64,000 bases of DNA. It comes from Minisyncoccia bacterium (GTDB taxonomy: Bacteria > Patescibacteriota > Minisyncoccia > Phycocordibacterales > UBA9973). The stretch covers positions 1,533 to 65,532 of the forward strand of contig JBGSSJ010000014.1 of the NCBI GenBank assembly GCA_041737125.1, written 5' to 3'. This document shows positions 37,487 to 46,795 of this stretch, in pieces. The stretch's first letter is position 1. Each line of letters starts with the position of its first letter. A program made the translations under genes and the position numbers. The notes beneath the pieces are model-generated. The model searched no databases. It was given only the letters and a program-made list of their open reading frames with translations, and was not told where the DNA came from.

Positions 37487-38233
37487 TTATATCGTAGGCA
37501 ATGATACAAAAAAGGTCGTACCATTATCCTGGTCGCTCACAAACCAAATCTTACCTTTATGGTTCTCTATGATATGTTTGGTAGTAAAAAGACCGAGTCC
37601 TGAGCCAATATAATCTTTTGTTTTAGCATTTTCGGCTCGGAAGAACTTTTCAAATATCTTACTCTTATCCTCTTCTTTGATACCTATGCCACTATCATGT
37701 ATAGATATCTCGATTTCTTTATTCACCTCACTATATTTTAGCGATATTACCACTTTGTCTTTAATGTTACTGTATTTAATAGCATTCTCTATAAGGTTTT
37801 GGAATACTACACGAATCATTTCTTCATCACACTTCACTTTGGGTAGGTCTTTGTAGTCTTTAAGGAATATTAACTCCACCTCTTTTTTATGTGATTCACC
37901 ATAAAATTCGAAAAGAGTCTGTTCTAACAATTCTAGTATATTTACTTCCTTAAAATTAAATTTTATTACTGTATTCTCTGCATGGTTGAGTGTGAGTAGA
38001 TCATTCACAAGGACAATCATACGCTCATTACTATCTAGAGCCTTTTGCATGAAGCCTTCTTGTTCGCTGGTTATCTTCCCCAAATCTTTATCGATGAACA
38101 TACGGAGTATCCACTTGAGTGCAGATAACGATGTACGTAGCTGGTGTGCTGATATAGAGATAAGATCAGACTTTACTGCATTCATTTTCTTTAGTTCTTC
38201 ATTTTCAATCTTTAGCTTTTCGATTTCATCCAT
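37487..38233 (-). CDS. Cytoplasmic sensor histidine kinase
   Basis: 248 aa; N-terminal coiled coil; H-box ISAHQLRTSLSAL; N, G1 (DSGIGI), G2 (GSGLGL) boxes; no TM helix. Confidence 0.85.
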   Translation of the reverse strand: MDEIEKLKIENEELKKMNAVKSDLISISAHQLRTSLSALKWILRMFIDKDLGKITSEQEGFMQKALDSNERMIVLVNDLLTLNHAENTVIKFNFKEVNILELLEQTLFEFYGESHKKEVELIFLKDYKDLPKVKCDEEMIRVVFQNLIENAIKYSNIKDKVVISLKYSEVNKEIEISIHDSGIGIKEEDKSKIFEKFFRAENAKTKDYIGSGLGLFTTKHIIENHKGKIWFVSDQDNGTTFFVSLPTI

Positions 38234-38323
38234 CTTTTAATTATAGCAGATAATTAATATTTTGTTTTTACAAAAAGTAATTAATAGTAACATATTGAAA
38301 AAAATAGATTTTATGTTATAATA

Positions 38324-39466
38324 TTGAATATGAAAATAGCTACCAATCTTACGAGAGAATACCTAGGTGGAATCACTAGATCCAATGTAAACTTCATGGA
38401 TTCATTAGATTGTAAAGGAAAGGGAATAATCGGACTTGAACTAAATGGAAAGAGATATATGCAAGGACCCACAATATTTAGACACCTATCGCCTATCTGG
38501 TTCAAGCATCATATAATAAATATACATGATATTCCAATTAATAAAGCCATAAATTCATCAAGAAATTTGAAGGATTTAGAGAAAAAGTATAGACCCATTA
38601 TTAAAATTATTAAGGAGATTTTATCGAAAGACAAACCCGATGTAGTATTCCTGAATGGGACTTACTATGTTCCTTGGATTATATCTATCGCTGCTTTCGA
38701 ATTAAAAATACCTATCGTTTTACGATATGCGGGCGTTTATTCAAAAGAGACAGAAGGCGCCAAACCTAAAGCCCGCAAATTCTTCAATGAAATAGAGAAG
38801 TCTTTCCAGAAAAGGGTTAGTCATTTCATTTTCCCTTCTAGATTGTGCATGGATGTAGTAGAAAAAGAAATCACAAAAAAACCCATAAAGAATGCTTTTG
38901 TTGTACCGAACTCTTTTAAAGTGCCTGAGCATCAATCAATTTTTAATAGTGTAGACAGAAGGATAGCGGCTGTTGGTAGGTGGGATAAAATCAAAAACTT
39001 TAAAAAGTTTTTCGAGATTCATAATGTATTAAAAAGGGAAGGATGGCAACATGAAGCTTCGTTTGTTACGGGTGATTCTAAAATAAAAAAGATCCCGAAA
39101 ACAATTAATAGATTTACTCCTATGACTCATGATGAATTATTAAAATTTTATTCTTCCCAAGGGTTGATAATATGCCCGTCATTATTTGAAACATTCGGGA
39201 ATGTACCAATGGAAGCTGTCTGTATGGGGATACCTGTACTCGTGAGTAATAATATGGGATGCGCAGAAGTATTAGAGACTGCAGGACTTAGTAGCATGGT
39301 AATGTCTTTCGAAGATTCTAAAAAAGTAGCAGAAAGGGCAAGAGAACTTTGTGGTCAGCAAATACTTCCTCGACAGATAAATAATTTAAGGAAGATACTG
39401 GACCCGAAAGCAATCAATGCGAAAATAATGTCTATACTAAGAGATGCTATAAATAATCATAGTTAA
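38324..39466 (+). CDS. GT-B fold glycosyltransferase (GT4-like)
   Basis: 380 aa; C-terminal E...E motif region PSLFETFGNVPMEAVCMGIPVLVSN. Confidence 0.65.
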   Translation: MNMKIATNLTREYLGGITRSNVNFMDSLDCKGKGIIGLELNGKRYMQGPTIFRHLSPIWFKHHIINIHDIPINKAINSSRNLKDLEKKYRPIIKIIKEILSKDKPDVVFLNGTYYVPWIISIAAFELKIPIVLRYAGVYSKETEGAKPKARKFFNEIEKSFQKRVSHFIFPSRLCMDVVEKEITKKPIKNAFVVPNSFKVPEHQSIFNSVDRRIAAVGRWDKIKNFKKFFEIHNVLKREGWQHEASFVTGDSKIKKIPKTINRFTPMTHDELLKFYSSQGLIICPSLFETFGNVPMEAVCMGIPVLVSNNMGCAEVLETAGLSSMVMSFEDSKKVAERARELCGQQILPRQINNLRKILDPKAINAKIMSILRDAINNHS

Positions 39467-39512
39467 ATTTATAATAGATTATATTATGGTGTGAAAATTT
39501 ATGTTATAAGGG

Positions 39513-39872
39513 TTATTCACGATAATCTTCGATAACTTTCACACTTTCATTATCAAAGTATTCCATATGGTTCTCTTCTTTTCTTTTTGCAAAGAGAATT
39601 TGCGAATATAAACGAGGTGCGTCTTTGGCGCGAGAAATAGTAATGTGTGGGTATTTATTTGTTGATTTAGGATTTTCAACCAAAAGGTCGTCCCCATATT
39701 CATCATACACTCTGCCGATAATTTTAATTTTTGATTCTTTACCAGTTTCTACTCCATTTAAATCATTTGGGTTAAATTCAATAGTAGAATGGTCACCAAA
39801 AATTACCTCATGCTTCGGGGGGAATCTTTTAAGTAAATCTTCTACATCTTTTACAAAAAGTGCGGTGTACAT
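39513..39872 (-). CDS. Hypothetical protein
   Basis: 119-aa ORF; no family recognised. Confidence 0.4.
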   Translation of the reverse strand: MYTALFVKDVEDLLKRFPPKHEVIFGDHSTIEFNPNDLNGVETGKESKIKIIGRVYDEYGDDLLVENPKSTNKYPHITISRAKDAPRLYSQILFAKRKEENHMEYFDNESVKVIEDYRE

Positions 39873-39888
39873 ATTTATACTATTATTG

Positions 39889-39974
39889 CGGAGGCGGTGA
39901 GATTCGAACTCACGGTCCTTTAAGGGGACGACGGTTTAGTAAACCGTTGATTTAAACCACTCATCCACGCCTCC
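39889..39974 (-). tRNA. Type II (long variable arm) Ser-like tRNA with apparent anticodon ACU
   Basis: Minus-strand sense GGAGGCG-TG-GAT...ATC-A-ACGGT-TTACTAA-ACCGT-[17-nt variable arm CGTCCCCTTAAAGGACC]-GTGAG-TTCGAAT-CTCAC-CGCCTCC-G; perfect 7-bp acceptor, G73, U33/A37 in place; the loop reads 5'-ACT-3'. Confidence 0.7.
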
Positions 39975-40097
39975 ATTGCTTCGCTCATTTAATTACAATA
40001 TAAACTCCAATTTTCATATACTAGCACAATATATACACTGAAACAAAGAAGTTTTTGAGTAAATATACTAAATATGATAAGGTGTAAAAGTATTAAA

Positions 40098-40186
40098 GGA
40101 GACGTGTCAGAGTGGTCTAACGTACCTCTTTGCTAAAGAGGCAGGGGCTTCAAACCCCCTCGCGAGTTCGAATCTCGCCGTCTCCG
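40098..40186 (+). tRNA. tRNA-Ser (anticodon GCU)
   Basis: GGAGACG acceptor, anticodon arm CCTCT-TTGCTAA-AGAGG, long variable arm CAGGGGCTTCAAACCCCCTC, TTCGAAT T-loop, discriminator G. Confidence 0.85.
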
Positions 40187-40273
40187 CATTAAATCGGATT
40201 AAAATTATCTACCGCTACTCTTTATTCTTGTATCAGTATATAATATAGATATTAGAAATTAATTATATTTTTT

Positions 40274-40445
40274 ATGTTATTTATTCAAACATTAATACAG
40301 ACTATATGGGCCTCCATCCTAGCCCTAGGTATCTTACAAGTAGTAATTATTATCATAGTGATAGGTCTTCTCTCTAGAGCTCACTCAATGCTAGGATTAC
40401 TAGGGGTTGTTATCTTCATTGCTTATCTATTGGGTTGGATTTAGG
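40274..40445 (+). CDS. Small hydrophobic protein (57 aa, below the ORF-track cutoff)
   Basis: MLFIQTLIQTIWASILALGILQVVIIIIVIGLLSRAHSMLGLLGVVIFIAYLLGWI*; followed directly by a terminator; weak support. Confidence 0.3.
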
Positions 40446-40451
40446 AATAAA

Positions 40452-40488
40452 AAAAGGGGACTCCGAAAGGAGTCCTTTTTCTTTTTTA
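40452..40488. terminator. Bidirectional rho-independent terminator
   Basis: aaaaaggggactcc-gaaa-ggagtccttttt with flanking A- and T-runs. Confidence 0.7.
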
Positions 40489-40824
40489 TAAATTACTATC
40501 CTTTTTTATGGGGATTTTTATCCTGTCGAACACAACATAACCATTGAAGCAGAAGGTGGAACCTTCTTTAATAAAGAATCGAGCCCCTGGACTAAGGCCT
40601 ATTACTTTCTCTTTGTCTCCTTCTTTGATTATTATTTCGCTTCTTTTATCAATTACAGTGACAATAAGAATTATCATCTTGCAGTCAAGTGAAGGAAAAT
40701 CATGAGTATGTGTTTTCACTATTATTCTGTGCATTTGTGTATCCGTAGCCTTCATCCATATATATTCTTCTTTATCGTATAGGCCGCAATTATCACGCTC
40801 CAAATAAATTTCAGGTGTTTCCAT
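40486..40824 (-). CDS. Hypothetical protein
   Basis: 112-aa ORF, mainly beta-type sequence; no family recognised. Confidence 0.4.
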   Translation of the reverse strand: METPEIYLERDNCGLYDKEEYIWMKATDTQMHRIIVKTHTHDFPSLDCKMIILIVTVIDKRSEIIIKEGDKEKVIGLSPGARFFIKEGSTFCFNGYVVFDRIKIPIKKDSNL

Positions 40825-41056
40825 ATTAAATTTTTCCTACATACTAATATATCCCAGTCGATAAGTCTACTTTCAGTACTTAGTTATTCAAATTATTGTG
40901 GTATAATATAAAATATGCAAAATAAGACGAAATACTATTGGGTAATTATTGTTATTTTTATGTTGCTAAACATTGGAGTTTTCATGTTATTTTCCAATAA
41001 ATTAGGTAATCTAGTTGTAGACTATAGTACTAATCCTAGCCTTTAATACTACTCGA

Positions 41057-41581
41057 ATGAATCAAAAGATTAAGTTGACTAGAAGTCAAAGAATTAAAAA
41101 GAATATATGGAAATTCCTATATCCTATGTTCCCTTGGGTTCAGAAGCATTTCCTCAAATGGCACTTAGTCTGGCACGAGAAAGGTCGCCAGCCTTACCAT
41201 ATAGGGTGGCTAGCACCTGGGAAAACATTACAAGACTTAGAGAAGCACTTGCACGAGAAGTGGAACTTCGGGAATCATTTCGTGGCTTGGACTGATAATG
41301 GACAGGTACTTTCTTGGCGCAAGCTCGAGAATTTCGATTTGCAGTACCACATACGAGTATTCCAAGATGGGGAAGTCAGAGGTCACCATGAGTACACTCC
41401 AGAGAGTAAGCCAGTAGATCACTTCATAGAGATAAATGAAGAGCCAAGAATAGAAGACTTTAAGAAATTTTTAGGAGAATTTATAGTAGAAGATAAATAT
41501 GAATCCCATCTTGTTCCCGATGTGAATACTGCACCAGAATCTGAACTTACCATAGATCAGGGTCTTACTGTTGATAAGTAA
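41057..41581 (+). CDS. Hypothetical His/Trp-rich protein with an acidic Thr/Asp/Glu-rich C-terminal tail
   Basis: 174 aa; WHLVWHEKGRQPYHIGW...; C-terminus ...EDKYESHLVPDVNTAPESELTIDQGLTVDK. Confidence 0.45.
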   Translation: MNQKIKLTRSQRIKKNIWKFLYPMFPWVQKHFLKWHLVWHEKGRQPYHIGWLAPGKTLQDLEKHLHEKWNFGNHFVAWTDNGQVLSWRKLENFDLQYHIRVFQDGEVRGHHEYTPESKPVDHFIEINEEPRIEDFKKFLGEFIVEDKYESHLVPDVNTAPESELTIDQGLTVDK

Positions 41582-41737
41582 TAATTGGTGTATTTTAAAT
41601 GTGTGATATACTATCCTTGTGGGTCGTTTACTAAACTCATAACTTATAAATCTATGTTAAAAGGTGAAGGACATTAAAATGTTTATGTTTATTATATAAA
41701 AGACAGCGCAAGCTGTCTTTTGTTATAATGATTAAGT

Positions 41738-42925
41738 ATGAAGAAAGATAAAGATATTAAAAATAATAGATGCTTTTATTGTGGCGAAGCGCCAGTTAAC
41801 CACTTCCTGTATAAGATTGAGAATTTCATAACTTCAGTTTTCGAGCCACATATGCTCTCTGTTGCCAATCACGCACCTAAATTCTTAAAAGATTTCGCTG
41901 ATTTTATTCCTGTTTCCCTTTTAAAAATACTCATAGCTTTAGGTCTTGCCCGCTTTTCCTCGGATATAGAGAAAGCGAACTCTTTCAGGTCAAAAGTAAT
42001 ATGGGAAGAAGCCAAAAGACGTAATATTCATATGGATCAAGTTGTCCTAGGGAATAGATATATTGATTGGTATCGCGCATTTTTGAATGGTAAGACTATT
42101 TATTTTGAAAGTATACCAATTCAATCCGAGTTTCTCGAATCTAAAATGAATTGGGATGATAAAATTATTCTAAAAAATGAATTAAAGAAGAATAGTATTC
42201 CAGTTCCAGATTACGAGGAACTTTCTATCTTTAGTTTTAAGAACTTGAACAATGTTTTCAGTAAATTTAATACACCGGTAATAATAAAACCGAAGTTGGG
42301 TTCTCGTGCGCGACATACAGTGACAAATATAAGTAATATTGATCAGTTCAAGCTCGGCATAAAAGTTGCCCGTAAAATTTCCACACATTTAGTTATAGAA
42401 GAGCATTTATACGGGTCTATTTGTAGGGCAACCATTGTAGGGGGCGTACTTGCGGGTTTTTATAGTGGTACAGTTCCTACAATAAGAGGCGATGGTAATA
42501 ATACTATTGCACAATTAATACAAATAAAAAATCATGGGAAAATTAAGAAATATCACATACTTCTTAATGAGGAACTGACGGATCATATATTAAGACTTGG
42601 TTTTACTGTCGATGATATATTGCCTAAAGATAAAGAATTAACATTATCACATAGGAGAGGGCAGCTTTTCGGAGGAGATACAAAGGAGATGATCGATGAA
42701 TTGCACCCGAGCTTCGTTCCTATATTAGAAAAGGCAGCAAGGGTGACTGGTTTATCAGTACTAGGTTTCGATTGTATTATTCCTGACCCTACCAAAGACG
42801 AGAGTGCTCAAAGATGGGGGATTATAGAGTGCAACACTCTTCCATTTATAGATATGCATTACTATGCATTAGAGGGTAAGCCGCGCAATATAGCTGGTAT
42901 GATATGGGATCTATGGGGTAACTAA
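41738..42925 (+). CDS. ATP-grasp ligase-family protein
   Basis: 395 aa; ATP-grasp hallmarks (PVIIKPKLGSRARH, EEHLYGS loop, C-terminal GIIECNTLP E-x-N metal site); N-terminal CFYCGE motif. Confidence 0.6.
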   Translation: MKKDKDIKNNRCFYCGEAPVNHFLYKIENFITSVFEPHMLSVANHAPKFLKDFADFIPVSLLKILIALGLARFSSDIEKANSFRSKVIWEEAKRRNIHMDQVVLGNRYIDWYRAFLNGKTIYFESIPIQSEFLESKMNWDDKIILKNELKKNSIPVPDYEELSIFSFKNLNNVFSKFNTPVIIKPKLGSRARHTVTNISNIDQFKLGIKVARKISTHLVIEEHLYGSICRATIVGGVLAGFYSGTVPTIRGDGNNTIAQLIQIKNHGKIKKYHILLNEELTDHILRLGFTVDDILPKDKELTLSHRRGQLFGGDTKEMIDELHPSFVPILEKAARVTGLSVLGFDCIIPDPTKDESAQRWGIIECNTLPFIDMHYYALEGKPRNIAGMIWDLWGN

Positions 42926-43596
42926 TGTGCTATAACAAAGCCTACGACCTTCTTTACACCGTTTTGTCTTAGAACTTTCATTATTTCATTTAATGTTCCA
43001 CCTGTTGTAGTAACATCGTCTATGACTATCACAGTGCGTCCTTTTATAAATTCACCTTTATACATACCAAACGTATTTTTAATATTATTTAACCTATCTA
43101 CTCTGTTACTAATTCTTGCCTGTGGCTTTGTTTCAAATTTTTTATAAACAACATCATTCCTTAATTCAAATATCCCTTTTTCACTAGAATTAATAAAACC
43201 TTTTGCTATTACTTCTGCTTGATTATATCCACGATTCCTCATTTTCTTTTTGGATATTGGGGTAGGAATGACAAGTATTGGTTTACCAATTGTGTATGTT
43301 CTTATGTCTGATATTTCTTCTATTGTATTTTCGTATAGTAATTTACCCAGTTTGTGACCTATGTTTAAACGATGGTAATACTTCAGGTTCCAGATAGCTT
43401 TTTTAATTAAAGGGTCTCTATAATCATAAATAGCTATGATATTACTTTCTGTCTCACGCTCTGCTTGTGGTATTTTTAGGACACATATTTCACATATTGT
43501 TTCACTTTGTTTTCCACAGCCGAGACAGTTCTCGGGGAATAATATATCTAATATTTGCAACCTAATATATTTGAATAAATTAATTGCCTTTTCCAT
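42922..43596 (-). CDS. comF: ComF-family phosphoribosyltransferase (competence protein ComFC-like)
   Basis: 224 aa; N-terminal Zn finger CLGCGK...CEICV; PRTase motif VIVIDDVTTTGGTL. Confidence 0.8.
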   Translation of the reverse strand: MEKAINLFKYIRLQILDILFPENCLGCGKQSETICEICVLKIPQAERETESNIIAIYDYRDPLIKKAIWNLKYYHRLNIGHKLGKLLYENTIEEISDIRTYTIGKPILVIPTPISKKKMRNRGYNQAEVIAKGFINSSEKGIFELRNDVVYKKFETKPQARISNRVDRLNNIKNTFGMYKGEFIKGRTVIVIDDVTTTGGTLNEIMKVLRQNGVKKVVGFVIAH

Positions 43597-43637
43597 GCCT
43601 TATTTTACTATAGCTGTGATATAATAGTTAGTATACT

Positions 43638-44777
43638 ATGGATAATTCACTAAAGACAATTATAGACTCAGGACTAGCAAGTTTATCCAAGGCTTTTAGT
43701 TCTAACAAGTCCTCTGAAAGCGCCTTAGGTATTGATATAGGATCTTCTTCTATAAAAGTTGTTCAGCTGAAAAAGAAAGGAGGTAAAGCAGTTCTCGAGA
43801 CTTATGGAGCGCTCGCTCTTGGTCCTTATGGCAACACTGCTGTAGGAACAGTCACGAACTTAGATACAGATAATATTTCTAAAGCTCTTATTGATGTAAT
43901 GAAGGAGTCAAATATCACAACGAATATGGGTGTTGTGGCCATACCTTCATCTTCTAGTCTTATATTTACTATTACATTACCAGGGAAAGTAACTGAAGCT
44001 GATTTACCACGCATAGTTCCTACGGAAGCACGCAAATACATACCGGTACCTATATCAGAAGTTAGCCTTGATTGGTTCATGGTTCCTCAAGAAGTCCTAC
44101 TATCAAGTGATCAATCATCCGATGATAAAGTTCCTGAGGCCAAGGTAGAGGTCCTCGTGGTGGCTATACACAATGACATCCTCTCTAAATATCAAGAGGT
44201 TCTTACAAAAACACAACTACGATCAGATTCTTTTGAAATGGAAATATTCAGTAATATTCGTTCATCTTTTGATTATGATCTTGCTCCTGTAATGTTTATG
44301 GATTTTGGAGCATCAAAGACGAAATTATTTATTGTTGAAGCCGGAGTAGTCAGAGTATTCCATGTTGTTAATCGTGGATCTCAGGATATTACGAAAAATA
44401 TTTCTTCATCTCTCGGTATATCTTTTGACGAAGCAGAGAAATTGAAAAGATCAGTAGGTTTAGACTCTTCGAAGAACAGTGAAGCAGCAGATATTGCTCG
44501 CTTGTCAGTAGATTATATTTTTGGGGATACGAATACTGTTGTGCTTACTTACCAGAAGAAGTATAATAAGACCATAAGTAAAGTTGTTATGATTGGTGGT
44601 GGTGCATTGCTCCGTGGTTTGCTTGAAAAAGCAAAAGAAAGTTTACACAATGAGCAAGTAGTTTATGGTGATCCATTTAGTAGAACAGAAGCCCCAGCTT
44701 TTTTGAAACAAATACTAGAAATAAGTGGGCCGGAGTTTTCAGTTGCTGTGGGGCTCGCGCTTCGTCAGTTGTCATAA
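43638..44777 (+). CDS. pilM: Type IV pilus assembly protein PilM (actin-like ATPase)
   Basis: 379 aa; LGIDIGSSSIKVVQL phosphate-1 motif, FtsA/PilM fold length; first gene of the pilMNO block. Confidence 0.8.
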   Translation: MDNSLKTIIDSGLASLSKAFSSNKSSESALGIDIGSSSIKVVQLKKKGGKAVLETYGALALGPYGNTAVGTVTNLDTDNISKALIDVMKESNITTNMGVVAIPSSSSLIFTITLPGKVTEADLPRIVPTEARKYIPVPISEVSLDWFMVPQEVLLSSDQSSDDKVPEAKVEVLVVAIHNDILSKYQEVLTKTQLRSDSFEMEIFSNIRSSFDYDLAPVMFMDFGASKTKLFIVEAGVVRVFHVVNRGSQDITKNISSSLGISFDEAEKLKRSVGLDSSKNSEAADIARLSVDYIFGDTNTVVLTYQKKYNKTISKVVMIGGGALLRGLLEKAKESLHNEQVVYGDPFSRTEAPAFLKQILEISGPEFSVAVGLALRQLS

Positions 44778-44788
44778 TAATATAAAAT

Positions 44789-45547
44789 ATGGATAATTCA
44801 TTTCAAACATCTTTCATACCCAAGAAACCGATCACAAGTGTCGGAGGTAGAACTAATAGTGGAGCACCGACTAGTCTATTTACTGTTATGGCTATTATTG
44901 TCCTCATAGTGGTAGGAGGAGCTTCTGCTGGTCTTTATTTGTATAAGAATTATTTAACCAAAGAAGTAGAATCATTATCTGCCTCATTAAAGATAGTAAG
45001 AGATTCATTTGAAGAGGGGACAATCGAAGAGCTTTCTTTGTATGACAAAAGGATTGATTCTTCTAGATTACTCTTATCTAATCACATTGTTCTCTCACCT
45101 ATGTTCGAGAAATTGGGTACTCTAACACTACCAACAATACAGTATACAAATTTTGAACATAGTTTGAATGGCGATATTTTCTCTGTAAAGATGGCAGGTA
45201 TTGCTTCGGATTACAAATCTATTGCACTACAAGCTAATGTTTTTAACGCAGACAAGGGCCGTTATTTCAAGAATGTAGTTTTCTCTAATTTAGTAAAAGA
45301 TAAAAACAATAAAGTTAAATTCAATATTGAATTCGATATAGATAAGTCCTTAATGTCATATGTAGAAAACAATAAAATAAATGCCAATAATAAAGCTATA
45401 CAATCCTCAAGTAAAGAACCAGCACCTGCACCTGCAGTACCAGTAAGTAACACACCCCAAGGAGGAGTGGGTACAGGAGCTCCAATTGAAGGAACAACTC
45501 TGCCAGGCATAACAACACCAAAAGAAATTAACACACAACAACCATAA
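44789..45547 (+). CDS. pilN: PilN-like bitopic pilus assembly protein
   Basis: 252 aa; single N-terminal TM helix, periplasmic coiled region, Pro/Ala/Thr-rich tail; position after pilM. Confidence 0.55.
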   Translation: MDNSFQTSFIPKKPITSVGGRTNSGAPTSLFTVMAIIVLIVVGGASAGLYLYKNYLTKEVESLSASLKIVRDSFEEGTIEELSLYDKRIDSSRLLLSNHIVLSPMFEKLGTLTLPTIQYTNFEHSLNGDIFSVKMAGIASDYKSIALQANVFNADKGRYFKNVVFSNLVKDKNNKVKFNIEFDIDKSLMSYVENNKINANNKAIQSSSKEPAPAPAVPVSNTPQGGVGTGAPIEGTTLPGITTPKEINTQQP

Positions 45548-45551
45548 TATT

Positions 45552-46166
45552 ATGAAATTCATTTTTTCTATATCAATTCTAATAATTTCCGGAGTATTAT
45601 TTTTTGTAATAACAAATCCTTTGTATGGTGATATTAAAAAGGTGCGCAAAGAAGTGGAAGTTTATAATACTGCATTAGATAATTCTAAGGAGTTACAAGT
45701 TAGGCGTGATGAGCTGATGAAGAACTACAAAAGTGTAAAAAAGGTGGATATGGATAGGCTTGAGAGCTTCCTACCAAACACAGTTAATAACATCAAGTTC
45801 ATTCTCGAAGTTGAGCGTATTGCCAATCTGCACGGTATGGCTATAGAAGACATTAAATTCGATTCTATAAAGCTAGACGAAACCAAAGATAATACAACAG
45901 GAGAAGATTCTATGCTTATAGTATCAGATACTTCTGAGTCTCTACCTTATGGAGTATTCCCTGTAGAATTTTCTACCGAGGGAAAATATGAGACGTTCAT
46001 TAGTTTCCTTAAAGATTTGGAGTATAATTTACGTCTTATAGATGTAAAATCTGTTATATTTACTGTACCTGAAGTCTTAGATACTAAAGCGGTTCCAGGA
46101 GAAGACAGGAAGGATCCTACTATATATAGATATACTTTAAAAGTAGAAACGTATTGGCTTAAATAA
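45552..46166 (+). CDS. pilO: PilO-like bitopic pilus assembly protein
   Basis: 204 aa; single TM helix then coiled coil plus ferredoxin-like region; position. Confidence 0.55.
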   Translation: MKFIFSISILIISGVLFFVITNPLYGDIKKVRKEVEVYNTALDNSKELQVRRDELMKNYKSVKKVDMDRLESFLPNTVNNIKFILEVERIANLHGMAIEDIKFDSIKLDETKDNTTGEDSMLIVSDTSESLPYGVFPVEFSTEGKYETFISFLKDLEYNLRLIDVKSVIFTVPEVLDTKAVPGEDRKDPTIYRYTLKVETYWLK

Positions 46167-46167
46167 T

Positions 46168-46794
46168 ATGAAAAACACATTTAAAAAATTATTAACTACA
46201 TTTTCGATACTACTTATTCTAGTAGGTATTTATACCTATTTTTCTAATACCTTAGACATAATTGCCGTAGATGAACCAGCCCTTTCTTCTTCGGAAGGTA
46301 GTGAAGCGACCATGTCTGGTGAAGACAAAACTGCACAAGATACAGCTTTTATATATACTCTTACATCTCTTAATACTCTCAAGGTAGACACATCTATCTT
46401 CTCAGATGTTTTGTTTAGGAATTTGAGAGACAATTCCATTTCATTGGGTGAAGCAAGTAGTGTCGGTAGAGAGAACCCATTCTTACCTATCAATGGATTA
46501 CCAAATGCTCCGAAACAAGCTCCAGTTATGAATGGAGGCGAACAAATAATAGATAAAACAGCAGTTCTAAATGGTGCTGTCGAGAGTACCCTAGGAGTAA
46601 CGAATGTTTATTTCGAATATGGTACTACTGAAGCTTTGGGCAAGGTTACACCACAAGCAAAGCTCTCCCTAATAGGATCATTTAGTTCGACTATTACAGG
46701 ACTTGCACCCAAGACTACTTATTACTATCGATCAGTTGCTCGTATTGATGGTGTGCTTAATTATGGAGAGATAACTTCTTTCACAACTAAGTAA
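46168..46794 (+). CDS. Pilus-associated membrane-anchored protein with a C-terminal Ig/FN3-like beta domain (PilP analogue?)
   Basis: 208 aa; N-terminal TM helix; C-terminal YFEYGTTEALG...TTYYYRSVARI...ITSFTTK beta-sandwich-like pattern. Confidence 0.4.
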   Translation: MKNTFKKLLTTFSILLILVGIYTYFSNTLDIIAVDEPALSSSEGSEATMSGEDKTAQDTAFIYTLTSLNTLKVDTSIFSDVLFRNLRDNSISLGEASSVGRENPFLPINGLPNAPKQAPVMNGGEQIIDKTAVLNGAVESTLGVTNVYFEYGTTEALGKVTPQAKLSLIGSFSSTITGLAPKTTYYYRSVARIDGVLNYGEITSFTTK

Positions 46795-46795
46795 T

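Noticed and set aside
39889-39974. Reading the type II tRNA on the plus strand
   Set aside because: Plus-strand reading places a T-loop-like TTCGAA directly after the acceptor stem and gives no D-arm. Only the minus strand gives a complete cloverleaf.
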